Assembly (NCBI GenBank): GCA_028534125.1
Contig: CM052817.1
Span: forward strand, 106,332,001 to 106,396,000
Length of the DNA: 64,000 bases
Direction: 5' to 3'
DNA from: Lama glama
Lineage: Eukaryota
The notes beneath the pieces were generated by a model that was not told where the DNA came from, did not search any database, and saw only the letters and a list, made by a program, of their open reading frames with translations. The translations under genes were made by a program, and so were the position numbers. Positions within the stretch are counted from its first letter, which is position 1. Each line of letters opens with the position of its first letter. Of this stretch, positions 25,943 to 38,399 are shown piece after piece.

Positions 25943-28900
25943 TTAAAACTGAGATTTTGCTGCAATATTTTCAAGCAGATTTAATTTGAGCATTCTAAGT
26001 TGTGTGGCTAAATAATCTTTCCTCTGAAATCTTCCATTCTATCCAACAACTCAACATATTGTAATTCTAACTTCATTTGTTAATGTGTAACAAATCACCT
26101 TAATTAGCATGTAAAGTCAAGATGGTTGTATTCTTTTTATTACTTTTGTTTATTGCTTTGAAACACTGACATCTTTTATATGCTTTCTTATTTTCACTCA
26201 TTACATACTTCTAACATGAGCAAAAATGTTATAAAGACTTATTTTTCATGCTAATGAGCAACTCCAATGAGTGAATCAGTGTAAGGGATGTTGCCAATTT
26301 GACGTCTAACTCAATGATTCTAAATTTTCTTTTATTGAAGATATCAAAATTTTCTTGCTTTTTTTTTTTTTGAGTTCCTGTTGAATCCATTTTGTTGCAT
26401 TTGATACTTTTTTGGAATCTTTGTTTTTATATGAGCTTTTAAATTCCAGGCAGTCTTTTTTTTTTTTTGTATAGATTATTCAATCTACATGAAATCTCTG
26501 AATACTTACCCTTCTTCAGATCAAGCTGGATGATCATCACAGAAGAATAAGATGTTCATGCAGGAATTAAAGTGATTTCTCATATTTGCAGACAGAATGT
26601 GAAATAAAAAGATTTTTCTATTTTTTTTTATCATTTTTCACTAACATTCCCCACAACATGAGCTTAAATACGCAGGCAGCATATAAAACTGACACTTCTC
26701 TTGTCTCCATCAATTTTTAATAATACTCAAATCTGTGATTCTTATAATTGCAGACTTAAGGAGACTCAATCAATATTCTCTCAGAGAAAAATATATCTAA
26801 AGAGAACATCAATCCACATGCATTTAAGAATTTTTCCCCTTTTAAGTCTAGAGATTAATTATTAAAGTCAAACTCAAAAATTCACCAGAAGACTTGTCAA
26901 AGTGAAAACTGAAAACTGGTCCTATTCCACAGATGGAATTTTTATGTCAGACTTGGTTTCTGATTTTAATGCACATTTAAACTGCATTTTTGCCCTTCCA
27001 GAAATAAATTTGAAGTGTATTCTCTTTTCAGTAAGAAAAATAAATGGAATACTGGCTACCAACTTTTGTAAGTATGTACCATACTGAGAATCATTCACTT
27101 GGGAAATGATACAAATATATTGAAATATTTTGTCAAAGCTTTTCCATATTTGTAAGGAGTTCTAACCTCATACTTTTTTTAAAATATTTTTGATTCCTTC
27201 TATTCCCTCAAGTCCTTCATTTTATGATTAAATTATGTAATGAATTAAGCACCAATATTGTAGCTGAAATCCAAGGCAGAAAACTGTTTGGGTAACAGCA
27301 ATTAACTCCGAGTCATGCAGTAGGGCAAATGAGTTTATAGTTACGAGATGAGCCCTAAGGTGCTGTACTCTGAGACCCTTCAGGTCAACATCTCAGTCAG
27401 CAGGTTAATACTTAATTCCTTGACTGATGTCGTGAAACCTGAGTGTGACAGTGGGGATATCTCTGTTTTCTTCCCCTAGACTCAACTGGTTTACCATCAA
27501 GCTATTGCTAGACCAGAACCCCAGTCATTCTGTTAAATTATCAACACATTTCTTCTTTTTGGGGAAGCACATGTTTATGAAAGTGGTCTAAAAATGTTAA
27601 AACTCTTTGACCATCATGTTACACAATTATCTAAAATAAACAACTGGTAGTATTTTTACATTTTTTTAACAGAAACAAATTTCAGAATCTTCAATCACTT
27701 TATGCCTGAAATGTCTCCTTTTGACAAAGTCACAAATGACACACTTTAGAACGATGTTCTAGCCTTCTACACAGCCTATCTCTCCCACTTGTATATGTTC
27801 TTTATCTTTTATCCCACCCCCCAAATTGTGAAAACCTGGCACAGAATCAGTTAAATTTATGGTCATAATTTCCTAGGGTTTGTTGAGATCGTCATAGATG
27901 AAAATTTATGCTTTTTTTCATAACCAAATTCTGTTTTTTCATAAACAAATGAAAGAGAATCAGGAGTCAGGCCAATGAAGAGTAAAATGCCAGTGAGTTT
28001 TTGTTCTTTTTTTCCTCTTTTTCCCCATGGTAGTGTTTAGGTGTGCAGCAAAAATGGGCTTGCTAATGTTGAACATCATAGTTTGGGGCTTTTCCATCCC
28101 GTCTCAAGTAGCTCTAGCCAACTGGAAGATTTTTTCCAAAGAGTAGGGCCCTTTAAATGCTAAATTTAATGCAAATTCCAGAGCACGTGGTCTCCGCAGG
28201 TGGACAAGTCTGAGGACGGAGGCATATCTGCTGTGAAATTTGCATTATCCTCAATAATGAGGTAAGTCAGTACCTAAAAGAACAGGAAGAGTTGAAGAGT
28301 CTTTGATAAATGCACGGACCTCTTCAAAAAGCCCCAGCTTTTTTTTTTTTTTTAATTCACTGAGCTCAACCATTAATGCTATAATCAAAGAGAGTGATTC
28401 AGTCTATTGGGACAGAGAAGAAAGGATCCCAAAACAAAGATAGCTGTTTTACAAATGCTCCTAGAAAGCATAAGAGCCTAAAATGGGTTATAACCGTGCG
28501 TTAAATTAAGTTGGTTACAAGGCCACCATTCTGTATTCAAGGCTGAAATTTCATCTCTTCTTTTACTTCCCATTCTAATGTTTTCTAGCCATATTCTTTA
28601 ATATAGCCTTTCAGAAGCCCTTCAGTGATATTAAATACTTAACAATGAAACTCCCATACGATGCACCAGAAAATGTTGCCCCACATTTGAAATAACTATC
28701 TCCTATTACCAAATTCTCTTGGAGAAATTAAAGCTACAAGTTAAATTTTTTTTTTTTGAGAATTAAAGGTCAAATAAACTTGAGGGAAAAGCCAAGTTCT
28801 CTTTCCATATTGATTTGAAGTTAAAAAAAATAAAGTACAAAATTTAACCTACCTAGTTTATGAATAAATTATTTGTCTTCTAAAAAGAGGACCAACATTT

Positions 28901-31253
28901 AGCTAGATTGCTTTTGTGTTTTTTGTGCATCTTCTGCCTCAGCTGCCTCTAACTGGTAGAAAGCTGGTTCAGTTAAAGCTTCAGGAGTTGTATTGGTCCA
29001 AATGTAAGGCTCTAGCATATTCACTAGAAAGAATACATCCTGATAAAAGGACACAGGACCATCATGGAACTGGCACTACAGGTACTGAATTTAGAGAAAG
29101 TCAATCCCCAGAGCTTAGAGCAGGTGTGTTTCCTGGACTTTTATTTCATATTGTGTCATTGGATCTGCTGCTCAGTGACTGTGGCTTTGTGAGAATGCAG
29201 TCAAGGCAACTTAACCAAAATCCATCTTTAGGACATCTGAGCATGTGTGTGTGCACGTAGAGGTGAAAAGTGGCCCTCAAAAGTACAATAGGGCCATTTC
29301 TGCCTTCATTTAAAGTTTATAAATTTAATGTGATGACAACTCCAGTCACTGGGTATTAAGTGAGATGCTTTTCATTTTCTTTTCTATACACTCAGAATTC
29401 TTAACTTGCATTTTATATTTGAGTCCTGTGTTTTTGACACTCAAGTGTTGTCCAATCTCAGTGTTTGTGTTAGCTTCACAATGATCCTCAGGGGCTTCTC
29501 GGACTGAATCGATACTTCTTAAATTTATGTCCCCAAGTCAGAAGAACCAATATCCCTGCCATGTGCTCCTCAAGACAGTTTAATTTCAGTCTTTAAACTC
29601 CAACGCTGCAGTTGTAGATTATACAGTCAATGCAAACCCTGGTTAATTACAGGCCATGTCCTAAGAGGTTGGAATCTCGAGCCTGTGAACCAGCCACAGA
29701 AATGCCAGGTCATCTCCCCAAGTACCCATGCTTGTTTCTGAATGCAGAACGTTACATGTCAACGTGGTCTAAATAACCCAGATCTAGACGGTCACCCATG
29801 CTCTGTGGCTCAGGCAGAATTCAGATGCCTTGAGATTTGATATCCCATCCCATAGATTGGGCTGATAATGAAGGAAAGCAATATTTTTGTTTCATTTTGT
29901 TTTGTTTTTTGCCAACGTGTGTCAGAATATTTCTACCCCCAAATCCCCGTCCTTTACGAAAGTCTAGATTGTGCCCGTTCATTTCCAATCACGCTACAAG
30001 AACATGCACCACAAAGCCTCAGCCTTTCTAGCTAATTCTGTCCTAATGCAGCCTTCTCTTTATAAAAATCAACACTGGCCCATATAAAAAGAGTCATAAG
30101 GTAGAGAGGACTGCCAACATCAAAATCCCGCGTAGTCCACTTGCTTAAAGTTTAAAGGCTGCAGCCGTGAAAAGCCAACCACACGACTGAGAAGAGTCAG
30201 CTGGCATGATATGGGCCCCATAAACCTTCCAGGCAAAGCAGCAACCACTATTACTCTGACTATAACGATAAATTATCACTGCCTGTCTTAGTTCAGTGCC
30301 ACCAACACTCACAGTCCCTTCCCTGGCAGTTCCAAGCCTCAGTCACGCCAAGTCACTTTGATCCATGCACTTCTCCTTTTAAGTCTCAAAGTTTCTTGAT
30401 CGATACTCAAGTTACTAACACTTCACCTCGGATTTGAACTTATCTTCCCCAAACTGCAGGCCTCCCCTGCTGAAGACCTTGCCCTGTAAAACTCAAAGCA
30501 CTAAAAACCAAACAAAAAAGCGAGATCCAAAGAGCTCATTTCGAGCTGCTGGGGCATCAGGCAATTACGGACTTCTAACAGCGAACTGTAGAATTAGACA
30601 GATGGCCCGCCCAGACACCGTCGTGCTGAGAACCTCCAGGTATCTCCCAATTAGACAGAGCTTTGACTTCTAAGCTTCTTCTGATTGGGAGCAAATCAGA
30701 GGACCTGCTCTCTGCAGGAAAGAAGTTTCACAGAATGGAGATACTGAGATGCCTGGCTCCTCTGTGCCAAACTCAAAATCACCCAACATTTCTCTTCGAG
30801 GGAAGAGTGAGGCAGCAGAGAGAATAGATGGTCTCCCTGGGACAAAAATGTCAATAATTGAGAATAAATGCTTCCCCCAACAAGGCTCATGGAAATATGC
30901 CACAGGTCAGAGCTTTAAGCAGGGCCCATGGTGCCCACGTGGGGAGAGTTTACTCCACACAGCGGAGGCGTCACAGAGTTACCGTAACTTAAGGGGAGTC
31001 CAACTCCGTTAAACGATACAGTCCCACTTAACTGTCCCCTTTAGGTATTTGTTCTCACAACATTATATTGTTAGGAGCTGGTGATCGAAAGATGAGTCAT
31101 GAGTGATCTCTGATCTCCCCCCGGAGCTCGTGACAAAGATGATGGAGAAATATGTGCAAAGTAAAATGTAAAACAGCCAGTGGGAACTCAAGGCAGGAAC
31201 TCAGGTGCAGGAGCAGGTAGGTAGCGTCTTAACAATAATACAGACTTAATAAT

Positions 31254-31279
31254 TTTTTTATTGAGGTACCGTCAATAAT
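31254..31279 (-). mobile_element. Probable ultra-short L1 3'-end insertion
   Basis: ttttttattgaggtaccgtc lies between duplicated tacagacttaataat (31239-31253) / tacagccttaataat (31280-31294). Confidence 0.55.
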
Positions 31280-32269
31280 TACAGCCTTAATAATATTTTT
31301 AAATAGTACAATAATACAAAAGAGCATTGAGTCATAAAAAGACTCTTCATAGCTGTGCTATGTTTAACATGTCAAATAGTTGATGTTACAATATGTATCC
31401 TAATTCTTTTGTTTCAGCAAAGGCAATTGCAAACATTCCCAGTGTCTCAAAAGAAAGACGCAATTTGGGTTCCCGTGTAAGAATCACATGGTCGGGTTTT
31501 CTGCCTAATTCTTTGGTTCATTATGAAAGGCCAAATGTTTGTTAGACTTTTTTCTTTTTAATATCTAAGCCACATCTTTCAACCAAGTTCATCAAAGAGA
31601 TAATACAAAGAAATATCAGCTGTTGGAATCCTAAACAGCAAAAATAATAAAATAATTTTTGGAAACATATTAAAGTCAGGTATATATGATCATTTGACAT
31701 AGACATTACTGTCTCATTTGTATATAAGTCCAGAAGACTTCTCAATGCTAAAATCATGCAGTCATTATGCTATCTAATTTATTTTTTGTTTCTGTATGTG
31801 TGCTTAAGGTAGTTGCTAATAAATCACACATTCTGTGATATTTTTATATCTTTACGATTTTAAAGTTTTATAATTCTTAATAACTCTTTTGGTAAACTTA
31901 GAAGACTGAGTAAAAACCAAAGACAGGATAGCCTTTCTAACGTGCTAAATTGAATTTACATTAAATAAGCATCTTTTGCACCATCATAGTACAATTAATT
32001 ATGCTTATGGTTAATAACATGAAAAAAAAACCTATGAAAACTTTAATAGAAGAACAATACTTAGAAACAATTTCTTTTTTCTGCTCAGATAAAATCGGAT
32101 GTTATTTCAAGAAAAATTTCAAGAGACAAAAATGCCATCTGTGAATCTTTACGCCACCAGATATTTGAAGATATTTGACAGAATCTTTCTCTTCACGTCA
32201 GTTGAATCTCACCTTTTTTTCTGTATAGACTCAGGACATCTTAGAGATACAGGAGAAATCAGTGGTGCC

Positions 32270-32420
32270 ATCAATCATTTAACAAATGTTTACTGAGCAT
32301 TATATAAAGCAACAGGGGAGGGAGACATTCTGAAGAAAGGATACAAAAAGTAGATGACAACTTGATTGTTCTCAAGATCTATTAATTGGCAGAAGAGATG
32401 GCCTAGGAGTTGCAAAATCA
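32270..32420 (-). mobile_element. L2 3' end
   Basis: tcaatcatttaacaaatgtttactgagca is the canonical reversed L2 terminus. Confidence 0.7.
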
Positions 32421-33531
32421 CGTCTCTATAATCCAGGCAGATTATATAAAAGAGCGAAGCAGCTGAATGGCACACACAAGAAACAGTGGAAAACGCAAAC
32501 AAATGGAGAGTATGTGCCCATTCTAAATTATGCACTTATATTTCTTAACGTTGCATTCACTGAACAAACACATCTACAAGCTTCTTGCAGCTTGTAACTC
32601 TGGGGGCCAGATCTCTATTCACTGATGATTAAACCCAGCGACACATGGTCCATGGACAAGTAGAGGAGACTTGCCAGGCTTCTGTTTGCTTGAGAGATTT
32701 AGGACTCTGATAAAGAGCCAGTCACAAGGACAGTCAGGGACTAATCGAAATGTCCAAGCTGTAGCCAAATAGAAACAAGTCCAAGCAGAGACAGATGTGC
32801 TGGTGTGTTTCACTTAGATCTGTCCCTTTTCCAGCCTCACCACTGCCAACTGCCTCATCTGATGTTCAGGTCAGCTCCCCAGAGGAGCTTAATTTGCACA
32901 TCGCTTTAAATCCTGATTGTAAGGTCCTGGGAAATACATAGACGGCAACTGGTCATTTAGCCCACAGCAGTCAGACTTAGTCTAACTAGGAGGAAAAAAC
33001 CTAAATATTTACTTAAATATGCAACAGAAACATTTTGCAGTATGTGGCTTCTTTTCTAGATTTTCTTCAGAAGAAGGAGAGGACTTAAGAGAACATGACT
33101 CTGATGAATTCTTGAATCGGTGAGAATTAAGAAGTATTTTACCACCTCCATTCCACTTAGAATAAAATATGTAAATAAAACATCAAACTCTGACCAATAG
33201 TATATTGGATAGAAATTCAGCCATGGCAAAATGATAAATTATGCCTCTAATGCACAATTTTTATTGCTGATAGAACTAATGCTATAGACTCCAACTAATT
33301 TTTTATTTTTTAATATATATTGGAGGAGAATACCTTCTGCTCTTTGATTTTTGTTTTGAAGTGGCCCCTTACAGCAGACAGTAGACCTTACAACTCAAAT
33401 GCTGTAAAAAATGAAAGATTGTTTCTGAGACACCGAATGACAATCCTACAATAAAATTAAAGATGGCCATGCTTTCAAATAGATCAAAACGAGTATAGTT
33501 TGTTTCTTAAGTTGGTTAACTCTTTTCTAAC

Positions 33532-34020
33532 TGTATTAGTGTCCCATAACCACTGTTACAAATTATCAGAACACTTAGTGGCTTACCACACAAATTTACT
33601 CTCTTATGGTTCTGGAGTCGGAAGGTTAAAATCAAGGTCTCAGCAGGGCTGCGTTTCATCTGGTGGCTTAAAGGGAAAATCTTTCCTCATTTTTTCTGTT
33701 GTTGTTGTCTCTTGCTTTTGTTTTTGTTTTCTCAGCTTCTGAAGGTTGCCTTCATCCCTTAGTTCCTTTCTCAGCCCTCAAAGCCCACCCTCCAGCTCCA
33801 TCCTGTGTCTTCTTTAATTCTGATCTATGTGTCTCCATCTTATAGGTACTGTTGAGATTAGATTGGGCCCACCCAAACAATCCAAGAGACTCTCTCCATC
33901 ACAAGGTTATTAACCAACTCACATCTGCAAAGTCCCTTTTACCATATTGAATAACATGTTCCCTGGTTCTTAAGTTCAGGATTTGGACATCTTTGGAGCA
34001 CCATTATTCCGCCTACCAGA
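33532..34020 (-). mobile_element. MLT1C/D-like MaLR solo LTR
   Basis: tgtattagt...ttctggagtcggaagg..aaatcaaggt...attgggcccacc...cacatctgcaaagtccctttt...ccattattccgcctacca. Confidence 0.85.
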
Positions 34021-34549
34021 CTCATGCAATAGACAACTACCTTCTTCACCGTTTTAGTTAGTTTATTTTATTTGCGAAGTGGCTGGCAAATTCTCACTGT
34101 TTGTTGACTACATGAAGTCAGTCATATCCCTACGGGTGCAAGAGTTAGCATCGTCATCCATGATGGAATCCAAGCAGCAGAAGGACTTGGGCCAATAAGA
34201 ATCTTCGATTAGGAGACTCTGCTACATGGAGAAGGGCTGGATGGAGTCTTTATCACAACATCCTAGCCAAGCTGGTACTTACATCCTCATAGTGGGAACA
34301 TAGGACACATTTTATGCAGCTAGCCTTAGGATTCTGACAAATAATAATAAATATGATGAAACAATGTATCTGAAGGAAGGACCACAAGGTCAGTCAATTT
34401 TTACTTTCCTTCAGTTTATTTATTTGAATTTCTTTGTATTTTAAATTATAGAAACTTCTAATCACAAGAATATCAGAAAATAGAGCCAAGTCTGCTCACC
34501 CAAATAACCCATATCTGCCAAGATCATTTCCCTTTTTCTCTATTTTTCA

Positions 34550-35000
34550 ATTTGAATATAAATGATACTTACATAAAATGACAAATAGTAGAGAAATTAC
34601 ATACAGTAAAATTACTAAAGTCTAATATTTTCCTTTTACTCTCTTTCTAATACCAAATATCACTTTTAATTACTTGGTTAAATTTCAATAAAATGTTTCC
34701 TATGTACATATGCAGGGACTTTTGCTTTTTTTATATTTACAACAATACAATACTACAATGCATTCTGTTTTAAACACTGGATTTCATGATGATGAGTTGA
34801 CTTTGACAGTAGTCCCTCCCTGGTACACTTAGAACTGCCTTATTCTATTTCCTGGACATCTAAAACCGTATGATATGGACAGAGAGTGGTATATCTTATT
34901 CTACGATTTTGCTTACCTTACTGTATCCTCACTAACCTTGGATATAATGAATTAAAATAATATATTTCACAATGCATTTTATTTTGCACTTTTTAAATGA
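34550..35000 (-). mobile_element. Ancient L1ME 3' fragment
   Basis: Degenerate reversed L1ME-type 3' UTR pattern. Confidence 0.45.
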
Positions 35001-35015
35001 CCCCCCAGCTTGAAC

Positions 35016-35017
<2 letters not shown>

Positions 35018-35054
<37 letters not shown>
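35018..35054. repeat. (TG)n microsatellite, ~18 units
   Basis: Perfect tg run. Confidence 0.98.
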
Positions 35055-35061
<7 letters not shown>

Positions 35062-35137
35062 CAGAAGAAAATAATTAAGTATAGATATTAAAAACTAACT
35101 TTAATACTTGATGAAAAGAGCCTGTGAAAAACAGTTT

Positions 35138-35890
35138 CTGGTGGGAATGCAGTTTGGTGCAGTCATTATGGGAAACAGTATGGAGAGTCCTCAAAAAACT
35201 GAAAATAGAACTTCCCCTATGATCCAACAACCCCACTCCTGGGCATATATCTGGAGGGAACTCTAATTCAAAAATACACATGCACCTCAATGTTCATAGG
35301 AGCACTATACACAATAGCCAAGACATAGAAGCAAATGTCCATCAACAGACAACTAGATGAAGAAGCTGTGATGTATTTATGCAGTGAAATACCACTCAGG
35401 CATAAAAAGAATGAAATAATGCCATTTGCAGCAACATGGATGGATGTAGAGATTGTCATTCTAAATGAAGTAAGTCAGACAGAGAAAGAAAAATACCATG
35501 ATATTACTTGTATGTGGAATCCAAAAAAAAAGAAAGAAAGAAAAAAGAAAAAAAGAGGACACTAATGACCTCATTTACAAAACAGAAACAGACTCACAGA
35601 CACAGTAAACAATCTTGTAGTTACCAGGGGAAAGAGGGTGGGAAGGGATAACTGAGTGTTTGCAATTTGCAAATGTTAACCACTATATATAAAAAGACAC
35701 AAAACAAATTTCTTCTGTGTAGCACAGGGAACTACATTCAGTATCTTGTAATAACCTTTAATGAAAAAGAATATGAAAGTGAATATATGCATATGTATAT
35801 TTATCATGTATATTGTGCTGTACATAAGAAATAGACACATTGTAACTGACTATACTTCAATAAAATTTTAAAAAAATAAATAAATAATAA
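35138..35890 (+). mobile_element. Young L1, 5'-truncated (ORF2 C-terminus + 3'UTR + A tail)
   Basis: WWECSLVQSLWETVWRVLKKLKIELP and MPFAATWMDVEIVILNEVSQTEKEKY (ORF 35335..35565) are ORF2p C-terminal motifs; the tail reads gactatacttcaataaaa. Confidence 0.95.
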
Positions 35891-36681
35891 ACACAATTTT
35901 CTGGACGAGAAAGCGACTTGCTTTACAAGCCTATGGAGACTCTGGAAATTAGTACCTCATGTGTTGCCCACACTGTTCCTACACTCTGTTGCCTATTAAG
36001 GAGGAATCAGGAAGATGGCTGTTAGCAGGTGCAGGGGCATAATGTTGCAATAGGCAATCCAGATGATGCTCTCCTTTTTTGGTCTCTCCACTAGGAGGAA
36101 GGGAAGAATCTGGGCTTTCCAAAAGCTGCTGCAGGATTCTGGGAGAAATGAGAACACAACATGGTTGTGTTGTTCGTTCCTCTGAGCAAAAGAGGGCTGA
36201 AGGATCCCCAGAGCTGCACCGTGGCTGTGACAATCATACTAGGTATGTGTGTGTTGCCTCTCCTCCAGGTGAGGAAGATTTGCTTGGTCTTCCAAGCTGC
36301 ATAATGCGGTGAGCAGAGCAGCCCCTGTACTTCTCATCCCTGAGTGTGCATGTCTTATGCCTCCTGGCATGGAGACACCTCAGGTTTCTCAGTCTCAGCT
36401 GCCTTGACCTCAAGGGTCTTAAACATTCAGGATGGGTCTGAGGGCTCCCTGTGCCAAGAATCCAGCACTGCTGTGTTTTCTGAATATGCTGGAGAATGTC
36501 AGGGAGGCTAGAGATTGGAACCAGAGATCTGGAGAGATTTGCAGTGACAGCTCTGTTGAATATGGACACCTAGGTACCTAGTCCCTTGGAGGAAAGTGGT
36601 GCTGGACTGAAGAGTGGCCCAAGATGCTGAGAAATGTCAGGGAGACAGTTTTACCTACCAGGGGAGTTATTTCATTAGAAA

Positions 36682-37375
36682 TAAAATAGGAAAGGACAAA
36701 TCTGACTCCATATTGGATCTGTTTCTATTACTTTAACCTTTCTATTCTATTGCTTTTTCTTCAAGTTAATCACTAAAGGAATGTTGCCCATAAGCTTAAA
36801 TTATACATAATGGCCCATCTCTGGGAACCCTGCCTCCCAGGTAATGAATGTTAAGCTAAAATACCTTTGCTGAGCTCACAGGAAACATTCTGACAAAGCC
36901 CACCTGGGAATGACCACAGGAAGGAAGAGATTGATAACACGTTCCCTCTGGAGGCTGACTGGGAACAGGAGAAGTTTGACTTTATTCCCTCCCCTTTTAG
37001 GATAAAGAAGCATGAATTCTAACTTGGGAAGGATGTGTCTTTGGGACATTAGTCTACCATCTTCTAAGCTGGCTGACTGTCCAAATAAAGTCACTATTTC
37101 TTTTTTTCAACATTTTGTTTGAGTTACAGTCATTTTACAATGTTGTGTCAAATTCCAGTGTAGAGCACAGTTTTTCAATTATATGTGAAGATACATATAT
37201 TCATTGTCACATTTTTTTTCACTGTGAGCTACCGCAAGATCTTGTATGCATTTCTCTGTGCTATACAGTATAATCTTGTTTATCTATTAAAGTCGCTATT
37301 TCTTGCCTCAACAATTGGTCCCTCAGTGTATTGGCCTGTCATGTGGTGAGTGGTATGAGTTTTGGCTCGGTAACA
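36682..37375 (+). mobile_element. ERV1-class solo LTR (family A, copy 3), split by an L1 tail
   Basis: Reverse-complement homologue of 10829-11299 (acaaatctgactccatattg...tctctgggaaccctgcctcccaggtaatga...ggtaaca). Confidence 0.9.
37102..37287 (-). mobile_element. 5'-truncated young L1 3' tail inside the LTR
   Basis: ttttacaatgttgtgtcaaattccagtgtagagcac...; 16-bp TSD taaagtcactatttct (37086-37101) / taaagtcgctatttct (37288-37303). Confidence 0.92.
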
Positions 37376-37800
37376 ACATTTGGCCCCTCCTTAGCCAAAA
37401 TGATAAATGGCAGTACTTCTGTCCTTGAAGGCCTTCAGGTCATCCTCAACTCACTGTCCAGGTTTGTTATGGATGATAGAATTGCCTTATACTTCTACCT
37501 TATAGGTCAAGGTGAAGTCTTTGCAAATTATTACAATACTTTACTGTATTTGGATTAACACCTTGAGCCAGGTAGACAGCTCAAGCCGTCTGGCTTCCTA
37601 AGGTAGGCTCTGAAAGTTAATGGAATTTGTTCAGCTGGCTGAATGTGAGACCCTGGGGAATCTGGCTGGGATCTGCACTGCTGGGTGGTCTCACACTGCT
37701 GCCACGAGCTCTGCTGCTACAGCCTTGATAAGTGCTGTAGAAGACAAGTCAAATGGTCAGTCCTCAGCCCTGCTGGTAACGATAAATCAGAATGGCCAAC
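37376..37800 (+). pseudogene. env: Gammaretrovirus-type env transmembrane-subunit remnant
   Basis: ORF 37331..37558 contains SLAKMINGSTSVLEGLQVILNSLSRFVMDDRIALYFYLIGQGEVFA, a heptad repeat plus immunosuppressive-domain-like segment. It is followed by a frameshifted C.WIN motif. Confidence 0.8.
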
Positions 37801-38399
37801 GGAGTGACAGATACATGGAAAACTTAGCTTAAGCTGCACCATGAGAAACAAAGGGCAGAATTTGAGAGACATCATTTTCATGTTTCTTAATGGTCAAGAC
37901 TTTTGGAGTAAAAATTCCTGACGATCTAGGTTAAAGGATGTTTGAATGGTAAGCACCCCTTGAAAGCTAGAGCCCTGCAGAGGGATTTATAGGTTTCCTT
38001 CTCTGAGAGCCATGTGTTTGCTGTGAACATTGAGAGGCCTTTCCTGAGTCTCCTAGAGAGGAGTCCTTTACAAAAGCAAGATGAGGATTTTCTCCATCTC
38101 TCCAGAAGAGGGGTGCGGAGTGGCTGTGCAGCAACTCTGTGTGAGCTCTGAAGTCCACGACCTCAGGCTTCCCCATCTCCCTGCTCATAACACCCCAAGG
38201 GGGCAACTGGGTAAGAGAAGCCGGTACCGTTATTGCTGGAAGCAAAATAAATGGGATCTGTGGTCCAGAAACTTCATGCTCACTTTCAGGATAAGTAAAT
38301 ATAGACATTACAACCCTTCAGCTATTTATTTGCGCACAGTAAGTTACCTGTTGATGAGAAGATCTGAGAAATACCATCTTAAAATTTCTGAGGTCTTAG

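Larger units (their letters stand above)
35985..38310 (+). mobile_element. Decayed, internally deleted ERV1 provirus (MER89/MER90/MER110-like LTRs) with env remnant
   Basis: LTR-like blocks at ~35985-36425 and ~37938-38310 (AATAAA near 38247), with an env TM remnant between them; no gag-pol recognised. Confidence 0.6.

Noticed and set aside
37331..37832. Syncytin-like domesticated env gene
   Set aside because: Only a TM fragment is present: no SU or signal peptide, CX6CC lost, frameshifted. It is kept only as a remnant.
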